Part shown: one piece after another, positions 20,824-30,142 of the stretch
Layout of the letters: each line of letters opens with the position of its first letter
Position numbering within the stretch: the stretch's first letter is position 1
DNA from: Acidobacteriota bacterium
Lineage (GTDB): Bacteria; Acidobacteriota; Thermoanaerobaculia; Multivoradales; JAHEKO01
Reading direction: 5' to 3'
DNA length: 64,000 bases
Assembly: GCA_029862975.1 (NCBI GenBank)
Contig: JAOTWP010000002.1
Location: forward strand, 26,287 to 90,286
The notes under the pieces: generated by a model
Told to the model about the DNA's origin: nothing
Databases searched by the model: none
Seen by the model: the letters and a program-made list of their open reading frames with translations, nothing else
Made by a program: the position numbers and the translations under genes

Positions 20824-20857
20824 GGGCGAAGCCGCGGTGCTTCGCCCTCTTTTTTTC
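20824..20857 (+). terminator. Rho-independent terminator.
   Basis: Perfect 9-bp stem GGGCGAAGC / GCTTCGCCC with a 6-nt loop, followed by TCTTTTTTTCT, 26 nt after the stop of the 20136 gene. Confidence 0.8.
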
Positions 20858-20874
20858 TGACCTGAACCTCTGAC

Positions 20875-23553
20875 TTGAAACGCCCGCCCTCGACCCCCGG
20901 CCGGTCCGCGCCCCGCCCCTCGCAGGCCGCGCCGCGAGCTCCGGGGGTCGCCCTCTGCCTCCTCGCGGCGCTCACCGTTGCCTGCGGGCGGGACGGCGAG
21001 CCGGCTCGTGTGCGAGTCGTCGATCGCCTCATCGCCGCGGAACCGGCGGGCGCGTTCGAGGACGGCGTTGCCGGACGGCGGACGACCCTCTCGGCGTGGA
21101 ATCTCGCATCGGCCGGCGACCGGCAGCAGTGGTCGGTCGTCGCCGGGGGCGGCTGGGACGCCCGCCGCGGCGGTCTCCCGCTCAAGGCCGATCTGGTGCG
21201 GCTCCGCGCCGCGGCGCCGATCGCCACGGCGGGCGTCGAGAGCCTGCGGCTCGACCTGAGCATGGCGCGGCGCTGCCGGGCGATGGTGCGCTGGCGGGGC
21301 GCGCCGGAGGCGACTTTCGCCGAGCCGTCGGCAAGCCCGGCGACGAGCCTGCGGGTCGAGCTCGCCGGCCGCCCGGCCTGGGCCGGAATCGTCCACGATC
21401 TCGCTGTGACCCTGCGCGGCTGCAAGGGCGGCGTCCTCGTCGGCATCGCTCTCGAGGGTCACGCCGAGCGCCTCGACGACACGTTCGCGCAGGCCTGGAG
21501 GATCACGCTCGGCACCGACTCTCGCCGCGCGCTGCTCCTGCCGCCGGAGACCGAGCGGCGCTGGCGCCTGCCGGAGGCGCTGCCCGCCGGCCACCTGCGC
21601 CTCGGACTGGGGGTAGGCGGAGCACTCGGCGCCGCGAATCGGGTCACCATCGCGACCACCGCGGCAGGTCGCGAGACCGCGCTCCTCGAGGTGCCGCTCG
21701 AGCCGGCGGACCCGGCCACGGCGCGCTGGCTCGACTTGGATCTCCAACTCACCAACCTCGCGGCCGGCAGCGAGATTCTGTTTCGCGCCACCTCGGACTC
21801 GCCGTGGAAGGGGGGCGCCGGCGTCCCCGCGCTGGCCGAGCCACGGATCCTCACCGCCGCCGACGACCCACGCCCGAACGTCCTCCTCATCTCGGTCGAC
21901 ACCCTGCGAGCCGACCATCTGTCGCTCTACGGCTACCCGCGGGAGACCTCGCCGCATCTCGCCGGCCGCGCCGCCAGCTCCGGGATCACGTTCGAGAGCG
22001 TCGTCGCTCCGGCCGCCTGGACGCTCCCGTCGCACGTCTCCATGTTCTCGGGCTTCGACGCCTTGCGCCACGGGGTCAACCACGAGGCGACGCCCGCTCC
22101 GGACTCCCTGCGGTTCGTCGCCGAGTCGTTCCGGGACGCCGGCTACGAGACCGTCGCCTTCACCGCCGGCGGCTACGTCTCGCCGGAGTTCGGGTTCGCC
22201 CGCGGCTTCGAGTCGTTCCGGGCCCGGCGGCCGCCGAAGCGCTCGGTGGAGGCGGCGCGCGCCGAGCTCGGCCAGGGCCTCGACGAGATCGTGGAGTGGC
22301 TCGCCGACTCCCACGACCAGCCCTTCTTCGCTTTCTTCCACACCTACGAGGTCCACGCGCCGTTCTGGGCTCGCGAGCCGTACTTCGAGCGCTTCGGAGG
22401 GCGGCCCGAAGACGTGCCGCTGGGCTATGCGTTCACCAGCCAGGATCGCGATCTGGGAGAGCGGGTCTTCGTCATCCCCGCGGCCGACGGCAAGCCCCTC
22501 CCCGACCCTGACCTGGAGGTCATCGAGCGGCTCTACGACAGCGGAATCGCCTATCTCGACGCCGAGCTCGAGCGCCTCTTCGACGGCCTGGCGGCCGCGA
22601 ATCTGACCGAGCGCACGATCGTCGTCCTGACCTCGGACCACGGCGAGCTGCTGGGCGAGCACGGCCTCGCGGGACACGGACCGGCCTACGACCAGGTCGT
22701 CATGATCCCGCTCGTCCTCTGGGTGCCCGGTGTGGCGGGCGGGCGGCGCATCGACGAGCAGGTGCGGCTGGTCGACGTGGCGCCGACGCTGCTCGACCTC
22801 GCCGGCATCGAGGCCGGCGGCGCCCTCGACGGTCAGAGCCTGCGGCCGCTGTGGGAGGGCGGCCCGGACTACGAAGAGCGGCCCGCGTGGATCCACGCGG
22901 GCCAGTTCGGCGTCGCGATGCGCGTCGCCGATCGGCTGAAGTACGTCTGGCACCGCGCGCCCTGGGATCGCTTCGGCGCCGGCGAGGAGCTCTTCGACCT
23001 GCGCGCCGATCCCGCCGAGCGACGGGACCTCTCCGACTCCCGGTCCGAGCTGCTCGCCTCAGCCCGCGAGCGCACCCGCGCCTGGCTGCTCGAGACCCTC
23101 CCGGGCCTGCGCGTCACCCTCGACAATCGGTCCGCCGAGACCTACGAGCTGACCCTGACGAGCAACCAGAACTGGCTCTCCAGCATCACCAACTTCGATT
23201 GCGACGATCTCGGCTGGCGGCCCCCCCACGGCCTGCTCGTCAGGCTCGCCGCCGGGGAAAGCTGCCTCCTCGTCCTCGAGCACCTGCGGGCCAGCGATCT
23301 CCTCGTCGAGGCCCGGAGCCTCCAGGCCGAGGGCGGGGGCGCCGCGGCAGGTCTGACGCTCGCGACGGGCGAGCTTCCGGGCTCGGTGCTGCGCCTCGTC
23401 GCCGGCGCGGCCTGGGAGCCGGCCGCGGATCCCGGAGACGGAGCTCTCGCCCTCTCCGTCGAGTGGCAGCGCGAGCCCGCCGCGGCGCAGGCCGACGTCC
23501 GGATCGACGAGTCCCTGGCCGAGCAGCTGCGGGCCCTCGGGTACCTCGAGTAG
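20875..23553 (+). CDS. Large lipoprotein: an N-terminal ~330-aa beta-rich domain, then a Thr-type sulfatase-family domain, then a C-terminal extension.
   Basis: Lipobox LTVACG. LLISVDTLRADHLSLYGY and AWTLPSHVSMFSG (Thr at the nucleophile position), LTSDHGELLGEHG. C-terminus AEQLRALGYLE. Confidence 0.8.
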   Translation: MKRPPSTPGRSAPRPSQAAPRAPGVALCLLAALTVACGRDGEPARVRVVDRLIAAEPAGAFEDGVAGRRTTLSAWNLASAGDRQQWSVVAGGGWDARRGGLPLKADLVRLRAAAPIATAGVESLRLDLSMARRCRAMVRWRGAPEATFAEPSASPATSLRVELAGRPAWAGIVHDLAVTLRGCKGGVLVGIALEGHAERLDDTFAQAWRITLGTDSRRALLLPPETERRWRLPEALPAGHLRLGLGVGGALGAANRVTIATTAAGRETALLEVPLEPADPATARWLDLDLQLTNLAAGSEILFRATSDSPWKGGAGVPALAEPRILTAADDPRPNVLLISVDTLRADHLSLYGYPRETSPHLAGRAASSGITFESVVAPAAWTLPSHVSMFSGFDALRHGVNHEATPAPDSLRFVAESFRDAGYETVAFTAGGYVSPEFGFARGFESFRARRPPKRSVEAARAELGQGLDEIVEWLADSHDQPFFAFFHTYEVHAPFWAREPYFERFGGRPEDVPLGYAFTSQDRDLGERVFVIPAADGKPLPDPDLEVIERLYDSGIAYLDAELERLFDGLAAANLTERTIVVLTSDHGELLGEHGLAGHGPAYDQVVMIPLVLWVPGVAGGRRIDEQVRLVDVAPTLLDLAGIEAGGALDGQSLRPLWEGGPDYEERPAWIHAGQFGVAMRVADRLKYVWHRAPWDRFGAGEELFDLRADPAERRDLSDSRSELLASARERTRAWLLETLPGLRVTLDNRSAETYELTLTSNQNWLSSITNFDCDDLGWRPPHGLLVRLAAGESCLLVLEHLRASDLLVEARSLQAEGGGAAAGLTLATGELPGSVLRLVAGAAWEPAADPGDGALALSVEWQREPAAAQADVRIDESLAEQLRALGYLE

Positions 23554-23589
23554 GGCTCGGCGCCCGGGCCGGACGGCCCGCTGACCCGC

Positions 23590-25806
23590 TTGCCGGTACA
23601 ATCCACTTCCCCGACCGGGAGACCCGATCTGCGACTCATGCCCCTGACCCCGCGGCTCTCGAAGCCCGTCTTCCTCGCCGCGCTCCTCGCGACGGCCTGG
23701 GCCTGCGCCCCGAGCGCCGAGGAGGCAACGCCGGTGCGGCGGCTGAGCCTGGTCGACCTCGTCGACGCGGCCGTCGTCACGCCGCCGACGGGCCGGCTCG
23801 ATCTGCACGACGCCGCCAACGACCGCTTCCTCGTCTCCGGCTGGCATCGCAGCAGAAAGACGCTGTGGTCCGGTGGCGAGCCCGCCGTCCTCGACTTCTT
23901 CGCCGGTCCCACGGGACCGCGGCGGATCACCCTGGGCTGCCGGCTGACCGGCGAGGGCGGCGAATCCGCGGCGCTCGCAGTCGAGCTGAACGGGCGCGAG
24001 ATCGGCGAGGTCGAGGCGGCCCGGAAGGCGGTCGCAGTCGACGTTCCGGGGGACGCCCTGCGGCCCGGATGGAATCGCCTCGCGCTCCTGTTGAGGCCCC
24101 CGGCCGCCGCGCAACGGACCGTCGCCTGGGCCTACGTCGACTTCGGAGTCGAAGCGGGCACCGGCGTGCCACCCCTGCAGGCCGGTGGCGGCGGCGAGTC
24201 CGTCGTCCTGGCCGCCGGCCATCAAGCGGACTTCTACCTCGATCTCGTGCCCGGAGCCCGGCTCGAAAGCGATGGCGCCCGATTCCTCGGCGCCGACTGC
24301 GGGGCGCTGACGGCCCTGTGGCAGCCCCTGGGAGGAGAGACCCGAGAGCTCTTCTCGCTGTCCGGCCAGGAGCCGGTCGCCGCGGTGATCACGGACGCGG
24401 GTGGCTCCGGCGCCCTGGGCCTGCGGCTCACGGCCAGGGAGGCCGGCGGGTGCGAAGGCGTCGCCCTGCGACGGCCCCGCATCGCCGCCCGGCAGGCCGA
24501 TCCGCCGCCCGGCACCGGCACCGCGCCGCCGCCGGCCCGGCGGGCGCGAAACGTCGTCCTGTTCCTCGTCGACACCCTGCGGGCCGACCACACGGGCACC
24601 TACGGCTACCCCAAGCCGACCACGCCCGAGCTCGACCGCTTCGCGGCCGACGCTACGGTCTTCCTCGATTCGCAGGCCCAGTCCTCGTGGACCCGGGCCG
24701 CGGTGGCCTCCGTGTTCACCGGGCTCCTGCCGCAGGAGCACCGGGCGAACGACGACGACGAAGGGCTGGCCGAGGAAGCCGTGACGCTGGCCGAAATGCT
24801 GACCGCGGCGGGCTTCGAGACCGCCGGTTTCAGCGCCAACGGCAACGCGGCCCAGGGACCGGACTTCGACCAGGGGTTCGCGACCTGGACGCACGCCGCC
24901 CAGTCGCGCTCGGGGCCTCTCGTCGAGCAAGCCATCGCCTGGCTGCGCTCCCGCGACGCGCAGCGGCCCTTCTTCCTCTGGGTGCACACGATCGACCCGC
25001 ACGCTCCGTACGCGCCGCCGGCCGACTTGCGGGAGGCGTTCGCGCCGCCAGGCACCGATCCCGAGCTCGGCAGCTTGAGGACGTTCGAGCGGCTCCAGCA
25101 CAAGGAGCTCGCCCTCACGCCGGAGATCACGGCCCAGCTCGTAGGCCTCTACGACGCCGAGATCCGCAACAACGATCGCTCCTTCGGCCGGTTCCTGGCG
25201 GAGCTCCGGGCCCTCGGGCTGGCGGACGACACGATCGTCGTCTTCCTCTCCGACCACGGCGAGGAGTTCGGCGAGCACGGCGGCTGGAGCCACGGCAAGA
25301 CCCTCTACGCCGAGATGCTCGAGACACCGCTCGTCATCCGCTTCCCCGACGTGGGCCGCGGGCGGCGCGTCGACTTCACGGCCCAGCACGTCGACCTGGT
25401 GCCCACGGTTCTCGACTACTTCGGCCTGGAAGCGCCGCCCCGGCTCGCCGGCCGCTCGCTGGTCCGGCTTCTCGAGGGCACCGCCCCGCCGGCCGCCGAC
25501 CGGGCCTTCGCCTACCTCGACCTGCGGGGCCGCACCCTCTCGAGCGTGATCGCCGGCCCGTGGAAATACGTCGCCCGGGAGCCCGGCCGCATCTCCGTGG
25601 TGGCGAGCCCGCAGCTCTATCGCCGCGACCTCGACGACGCCGAGCGCGACGACCTGCTGGCCGACGAGCCCGGAACCGCCCGCGCGCTGGCGACGCTGCT
25701 CGCCTCCGAGGAGAGGCAGTGGGCCCAGGCGCTCGAGCCCTCGGTGGTCGACACGAAGGACAAGCAGCTCCAGAAGGAGCTGCGAGCCCTCGGCTACGTC
25801 AATTGA
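23590..25806 (+). CDS. Lipoprotein: an N-terminal ~310-aa domain followed by a Thr-type sulfatase-family domain (paralogue).
   Basis: Lipobox ATAWAC. VVLFLVDTLRADHTGTYGY, nucleophile loop WTRAAVASVFTG (Thr conserved), FLSDHGEEFGEHG. C-terminus KELRALGYVN. Confidence 0.8.
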   Translation: MPVQSTSPTGRPDLRLMPLTPRLSKPVFLAALLATAWACAPSAEEATPVRRLSLVDLVDAAVVTPPTGRLDLHDAANDRFLVSGWHRSRKTLWSGGEPAVLDFFAGPTGPRRITLGCRLTGEGGESAALAVELNGREIGEVEAARKAVAVDVPGDALRPGWNRLALLLRPPAAAQRTVAWAYVDFGVEAGTGVPPLQAGGGGESVVLAAGHQADFYLDLVPGARLESDGARFLGADCGALTALWQPLGGETRELFSLSGQEPVAAVITDAGGSGALGLRLTAREAGGCEGVALRRPRIAARQADPPPGTGTAPPPARRARNVVLFLVDTLRADHTGTYGYPKPTTPELDRFAADATVFLDSQAQSSWTRAAVASVFTGLLPQEHRANDDDEGLAEEAVTLAEMLTAAGFETAGFSANGNAAQGPDFDQGFATWTHAAQSRSGPLVEQAIAWLRSRDAQRPFFLWVHTIDPHAPYAPPADLREAFAPPGTDPELGSLRTFERLQHKELALTPEITAQLVGLYDAEIRNNDRSFGRFLAELRALGLADDTIVVFLSDHGEEFGEHGGWSHGKTLYAEMLETPLVIRFPDVGRGRRVDFTAQHVDLVPTVLDYFGLEAPPRLAGRSLVRLLEGTAPPAADRAFAYLDLRGRTLSSVIAGPWKYVAREPGRISVVASPQLYRRDLDDAERDDLLADEPGTARALATLLASEERQWAQALEPSVVDTKDKQLQKELRALGYVN

Positions 25807-25821
25807 CGTCGGGGCCCTTCG

Positions 25822-26412
25822 CTACGGGACGTCGAGCCGCTTCGCGCTCTCGATGACGACCGCCTCGCGGGGCACGTTGCTCATGCCACGGGAAGACCCG
25901 GTCGCCACGCTCGCGATGGCGTCGACCGTCTCGAGGCCCTCGATCACCTTGCCGAACACGGCGTAGCCCCAGCCGTCCGAGCCCGGATAGTCGAGGGGGG
26001 CGTTGTCCACCGTGTTGATGTAGAACTGTGCCGTGGCGCTGTGGGGGTCGCCGGTCCGCGCCATGGCGACGGTGCCGCGGTCGTTCGCGAGCCCGTTCTC
26101 GGCCTCGTTCGGGATGGGCGCCCGCGTCGGCTTCTTGTCGAGCGCGGCGGTGAAGCCGCCGCCCTGGATCATGAACCCGGGGATCACGCGGTGGAAGACG
26201 GTGCCCTCGTAGAAGCCGGACTCGACGTAGGCGAGGAAGTTCTCGACGGACGTCGGGGCGCGCTCGGCGTCGAGCTCGAGGACGATGCGTCCCTTGCTCG
26301 TCTCGAGGGCGACTCGAGGACCGGCTTCCGGGGGACTGGCGGTCTGGGCGTTCATGGGGCCTCCGATGATTAGCAGGGCCGTCAACGCAAGCCCCGGAAT
26401 GGATCGTCTCAT
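25822..26412 (-). CDS. Periplasmic cyclophilin-type peptidyl-prolyl cis-trans isomerase.
   Basis: True start is the internal ATG at 26412 with GGAGG upstream. Signal peptide MRRSIPGLALTALLIIGGPMNAQ. Cyclophilin motifs FHRVIPGFMIQGGGF and WLDGKH-like FGKVIEGLETVD. Confidence 0.85.
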   Translation of the reverse strand: MRRSIPGLALTALLIIGGPMNAQTASPPEAGPRVALETSKGRIVLELDAERAPTSVENFLAYVESGFYEGTVFHRVIPGFMIQGGGFTAALDKKPTRAPIPNEAENGLANDRGTVAMARTGDPHSATAQFYINTVDNAPLDYPGSDGWGYAVFGKVIEGLETVDAIASVATGSSRGMSNVPREAVVIESAKRLDVP

Positions 26413-26720
26413 TGCACCTCCTCCTGCCGGCTGCAGAGATCTCTCAGGTAATCGAAGCGATAGATGCCCGTGGCGTGGCCGTCCGACCAGTGGATCGAGA
26501 TGGCGTAGTTGCCGACCGGCTCGATCCGCAGCGGCTCGACCGCGGCCGCGGGCGCATGGTACTGGATCTCCTGCGCCCAGTGCCCCTGACAACCGGCGCA
26601 GGGGCAATACCCGCGCAGCGTGTCGTAGGGACACTCGCCCGTGAAGCCGTCGCTCCAGACCAGCTTGACGGTCCGCGACTCGGGTTGCCGCTTCACCTCG
26701 CTCAGGAAACTCGTCGTCAT
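26409..26720 (-). CDS. DUF971-family protein (gamma-butyrobetaine hydroxylase-like N-terminal domain).
   Basis: 103 aa starting MTTSFLSEVKRQ at 26720. Contains CPYDTLRGYCPCAGCQGH. Its stop overlaps the cyclophilin start (ATGA). Confidence 0.6.
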   Translation of the reverse strand: MTTSFLSEVKRQPESRTVKLVWSDGFTGECPYDTLRGYCPCAGCQGHWAQEIQYHAPAAAVEPLRIEPVGNYAISIHWSDGHATGIYRFDYLRDLCSRQEEVQ

Positions 26721-26790
26721 CTCGCTCCCCACGCCGCGGCGTGGAAGCGGATCGTACCGCAGACCGGCGGGAGCCCGCCGCGAGCCGCGG

Positions 26791-27093
26791 TCAGGGCGGG
26801 TCGAGGGTGCCGGCCGGCGTCCAGGGCGCGCAGCGCAGAACCCGCCAGGCCGCCCGCCAGCTGCCGCCGAGCGCGCCATGGCGCTTCAGCACGGCGACGC
26901 CGTAATGGCTGCAGGTCGGCTGGAAGCGGCAGGTGAGACCGCTGCGCGCCAGAAGCGGCGACAGCGTGTGCTGGTAGAGCTCGACGGCCGAGATCAGGCC
27001 GCGGGCCGTCCACTGGCGCTCGGGGGGAGCGCCCAGATCGAGACCCAGGGCGAGGAAGGAAAGCACCACCAGCGGAAGGACGAGGAAGCCCAT
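26791..27093 (-). CDS. yidD: Membrane protein insertion efficiency factor YidD.
   Basis: The conserved FQPTCSHY motif is present. Length is ~100 aa from ATG 27093. An alternative start lies at 27138. Confidence 0.75.
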   Translation of the reverse strand: MGFLVLPLVVLSFLALGLDLGAPPERQWTARGLISAVELYQHTLSPLLARSGLTCRFQPTCSHYGVAVLKRHGALGGSWRAAWRVLRCAPWTPAGTLDPP

Positions 27094-27171
27094 CGCCCCT
27101 CCGCGACCGCGGCGGCGAAAGGACGGCCGCGAGGTCAAGCCAGCCTCGCGGCCGCCATCGGGCCTGGGCGA

Positions 27172-27564
27172 TCAGAACTTGTCGGCGTACTGGCTGACGC
27201 CAGGGATGAGGAACCGCTGGCCATTCAAGGCCTTCACGATGCACAGGATGTGGACCACCAGGGCGATCAGCGGCACCACCAGGGAGACGAGCGCCACCGC
27301 GCAGCCGAAGACGGGAATGCTCGTCAGGATCGTGAAAACGATGCTGATCGCGATCCACAAGAGCATCAGCACGATGCCGTGCTTGGCGTGCCACTGGACC
27401 TCCTGGTCGTCTTTCTCCACCAGGAAGGGCACCAGCGCCAGGGGGCCGAGATAGGCGAGGATGAGCATCAGGGTCTTGTTGTTCCCCGCGCTCCCTCCAC
27501 CGCTCGATGTGGGCTGTGAAGGCTCGCTGGCCGGAGGCGGCGGCGGGGGGGTAGGCTCGCTCAT
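27172..27564 (-). CDS. DUF4870-family small membrane protein.
   Basis: Pro-rich N-terminus, then two TM helices (LMLILAYLGPLALVPFLV; GIVLMLLWIAISIVFTIL). Confidence 0.55.
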   Translation of the reverse strand: MSEPTPPPPPPASEPSQPTSSGGGSAGNNKTLMLILAYLGPLALVPFLVEKDDQEVQWHAKHGIVLMLLWIAISIVFTILTSIPVFGCAVALVSLVVPLIALVVHILCIVKALNGQRFLIPGVSQYADKF

Positions 27565-27627
27565 CTCACACTCTCCTCTAGGTTGATGCGCCGGAACTCG
27601 GGTTCGGACTCTCGGATGCCAGCGATT

Positions 27628-28248
27628 CTAGCACCCGGGGCCGCGTTCGGAGCGCGACCCCGCGGCCTCGAGGCCCAGGGCCGCGAGACGTTCGACGACA
27701 GCGGCCCTTCGGGGTGGGATCACGCGGAGCGTGCAGCGCACGCTCTCTCCGTAGTCCGCCGACGCGAGCTCGATCTCCGGCGGCTGGACGAGCCTCTGCA
27801 GCTCGCCAAAGAGCGCGTAGGGAACCGTCACCGCGATCGTCTCGTAGGCGAGGCGCTCGCCGACCGCGGTCGCAGCCAGGGCCGCGCGGACGGCGCCGCC
27901 GTAGGCGCGGGCGAGGCCCCCCCTGCCGAGCCTGGTGCCGCCGAACCAGCGGCTGACGACCGCCAGGACGTCCGAGACCCCGGCGCCGCGCAGCGCCCTC
28001 AGGATCGGGCGCCCGGCGGTGCCGGCGGGCTCCCCGGCGTCGGACGAGCGCTCCCGCGGCGGGCTGCCCAGGCGCCACGCCCAGCAGTGGTGGCTGGCGT
28101 CCGGATGGCGGGCGGCGAGCGCCGCCAGGTGCTGCTTCGCCGCCTCCTCGTCCGCCACCGGCTCGAGGCGGGCGAGGAAGCGTGAGCCGCGCTCGCGCAG
28201 CTCCGCGCTACCGCTTCCCGCCGGCACGCGGTAGCGGTATCCGGTCAT
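27628..28248 (-). CDS. IMPACT/YigZ-family (UPF0029) protein.
   Basis: HHCWAWRLG...DAGEPAGTAGRPIL matches the YigZ N-domain signature. 206 aa. Confidence 0.75.
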   Translation of the reverse strand: MTGYRYRVPAGSGSAELRERGSRFLARLEPVADEEAAKQHLAALAARHPDASHHCWAWRLGSPPRERSSDAGEPAGTAGRPILRALRGAGVSDVLAVVSRWFGGTRLGRGGLARAYGGAVRAALAATAVGERLAYETIAVTVPYALFGELQRLVQPPEIELASADYGESVRCTLRVIPPRRAAVVERLAALGLEAAGSRSERGPGC

Positions 28249-28269
28249 CGCGGTGCGGCCGGCGCCACG

Positions 28270-29397
28270 CTATCCGCCGCGCCGCACGACGCGCCGGTAG
28301 AGGTCGCGGTAGCGCTCGACGATCGCCTCCTCCGAGAAGCGCGCCACGGCCTGGCGCCGCGCCTCCTCGCCGAAGCGGCGGCGGCGCTCGGGATCCCGCA
28401 GAAGGGACAGCGCGGCCGCGGCCATGCCCTCGACGTCGCCCACCGGCCGCAGGAAGCCGGTCACGCCATCTTCGACGACTTCGGGCAGCCCGCCGACGGA
28501 CGTAGCGATCACCGGCACCTTGCACGACATCGCCTCGAGGGCCGCGAGACCGAAGGACTCCGTCTCCGAGGGCAGGAGGAACAGATCGGCGCCGACCAGG
28601 ACCTCCTCGATCGACGTCGTGCTGCCGGCAAACAGGATCCGGTCGCAGTTGCGCTGCTCGCGGCAATACTGCTCGACCTGGGCGCGCTCGGGGCCGTCGC
28701 CCACGAGCAGCAAGCGGGTGTCGACCTCCCGGGCCACCCGCTCGAAGATCTGCACGACGTCGAGCACCCGCTTGACCGGCCGGTAGTTGGAGACGTGCAC
28801 CAGAAGCGCCTCGTCGCCCTGCGCCCAGCGCCGCGCGCCCTGCCCGGAGCGCGCCATGTCGTAGCGCTCGGGCTCGATGAAGTTGGGAATCACCTCGATC
28901 GGCCGGTCGATGCCGAGCCTTTCCACCGTGTCGCGGCGCAGCGACTCGGACACCGCCGTCACGGCGTCGCTTTCCTCGATGCCGTAGCGGGTCGTCGCCA
29001 GGTAGTTCGGGTCGTTGCCCACGAGGGTGATGTCCGTGCCGTGCAGCGTCGTGACCACCTGGAAGCCGCTGTCGCCCACGATGTCGCGGGCCAGCACGGC
29101 GGACACCGCGTTGGGCACCGCGTAGTGGACGTGGAGCAGGTCGAGCTCGTGATAGGTCGCCACCTCCACCATCTTCGTCGCCAGGGCGAGCGAGTACGGC
29201 GGATACTCGAAGAGCGGGTAATGGGGAACGACGACCTCGTGGAACGACAGCTTGGGGTCCACGAGCTGCAGCCGCGCCGGCATGGCGTAGCTGATGACGT
29301 GGACCTCGTCGCCGGCCGCCGCCAGCGCCATCGCCAGCTCGGTGGCGACGACGCCGGACCCGCCCATCGTCGGGTAGCAGCTGATGCCGATCTTCAC
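28270..29397 (-). CDS. bshA: N-acetyl-alpha-D-glucosaminyl L-malate synthase (GT4 glycosyltransferase), bacillithiol biosynthesis.
   Basis: GTG start at 29397 gives [35 protein letters not shown]. This matches the BshA N-terminus [22 protein letters not shown].... GT4 EX7E region is present. GTGA overlap with the bshB stop. Confidence 0.8.
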   Translation of the reverse strand: [375 protein letters not shown]

Positions 29398-30122
29398 CTG
29401 AGGCCCCCCGGCGCGAGCTCGAGGGGGTCGCGGACCGCCAGCGGCAGCGGGCTCCAGAACGGCTCGCCGTACTCGGCGCCGATCAGCAGGCCGAAGTGAC
29501 GAGCCCGGCCCTCGACCGCGGCGCGGAACTCGGGCGACGCGACCTTGGTAGGCGGCAGCGCGGGCGCCCGGCCCGGCTGGTGGAGCTGGCTGCCGTAGGC
29601 CGCCAGCGCCGCGAGCTTGCGCTCCCAGGCCGCGGACACGTCGACGACGAAACGGGGCTCGAAGGGATCGTGCTGCAGGTAGGAGAAGACCGCGGCCGGC
29701 CGGTACGGCTGGCCCCGGCCGCGCCTGGCGAGACCGGCGTAGAAGGCGGCGGCGGCGACGAGCCGGTGGGCCCGGCCATGGTCCGGGTGGCGGTCGCGCG
29801 GCGCCGGACCGAAAACGATCTCCGGCCGCCACCGCCGCAGCACGGCGATCACGGCGTCCTCCTCGTCCTCGCCCGTGCGCAGGCGGCCGTCGCCGCAGTT
29901 GAGGAAGTCGACCGCGACGGCGCCCAGGGCGGCCGCCGCGGCGTGCGCCTCCGCCTCGCGCTCGTCCGGCGTGCCGCGGGTGCCCGCCTCGCCCCGCGTC
30001 AGGTGGAGAATGCCGACGCGGCGGCCGGCCGCCGCCAGCAGGGCGAGCGTCCCGCCGCAGCCGAGCTCGACGTCGTCGGGATGCGCCCCGATCGCCAGGG
30101 CAGCGAGCGTCTCCGTTTCCAC
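29394..30122 (-). CDS. bshB: LmbE-family N-acetylglucosaminyl-malate deacetylase, bacillithiol biosynthesis.
   Basis: GTG start at 30122 with GGAGAGGA upstream. N-terminus LAIGAHPDDVELGCGGTLA (LmbE AHPDDE motif). HPDH metal-site motif. Confidence 0.75.
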   Translation of the reverse strand: METETLAALAIGAHPDDVELGCGGTLALLAAAGRRVGILHLTRGEAGTRGTPDEREAEAHAAAAALGAVAVDFLNCGDGRLRTGEDEEDAVIAVLRRWRPEIVFGPAPRDRHPDHGRAHRLVAAAAFYAGLARRGRGQPYRPAAVFSYLQHDPFEPRFVVDVSAAWERKLAALAAYGSQLHQPGRAPALPPTKVASPEFRAAVEGRARHFGLLIGAEYGEPFWSPLPLAVRDPLELAPGGLR

Positions 30123-30142
30123 CGATCCTCTCCCCGCGGAGG

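Noticed and set aside
22851-25856. 1001-aa + strand and 776-aa minus-strand ORFs across the sulfatase-like genes.
   Set aside because: They are low-complexity Arg/Pro/Gly translations. The true genes are in other frames with lipoboxes and sulfatase motifs.
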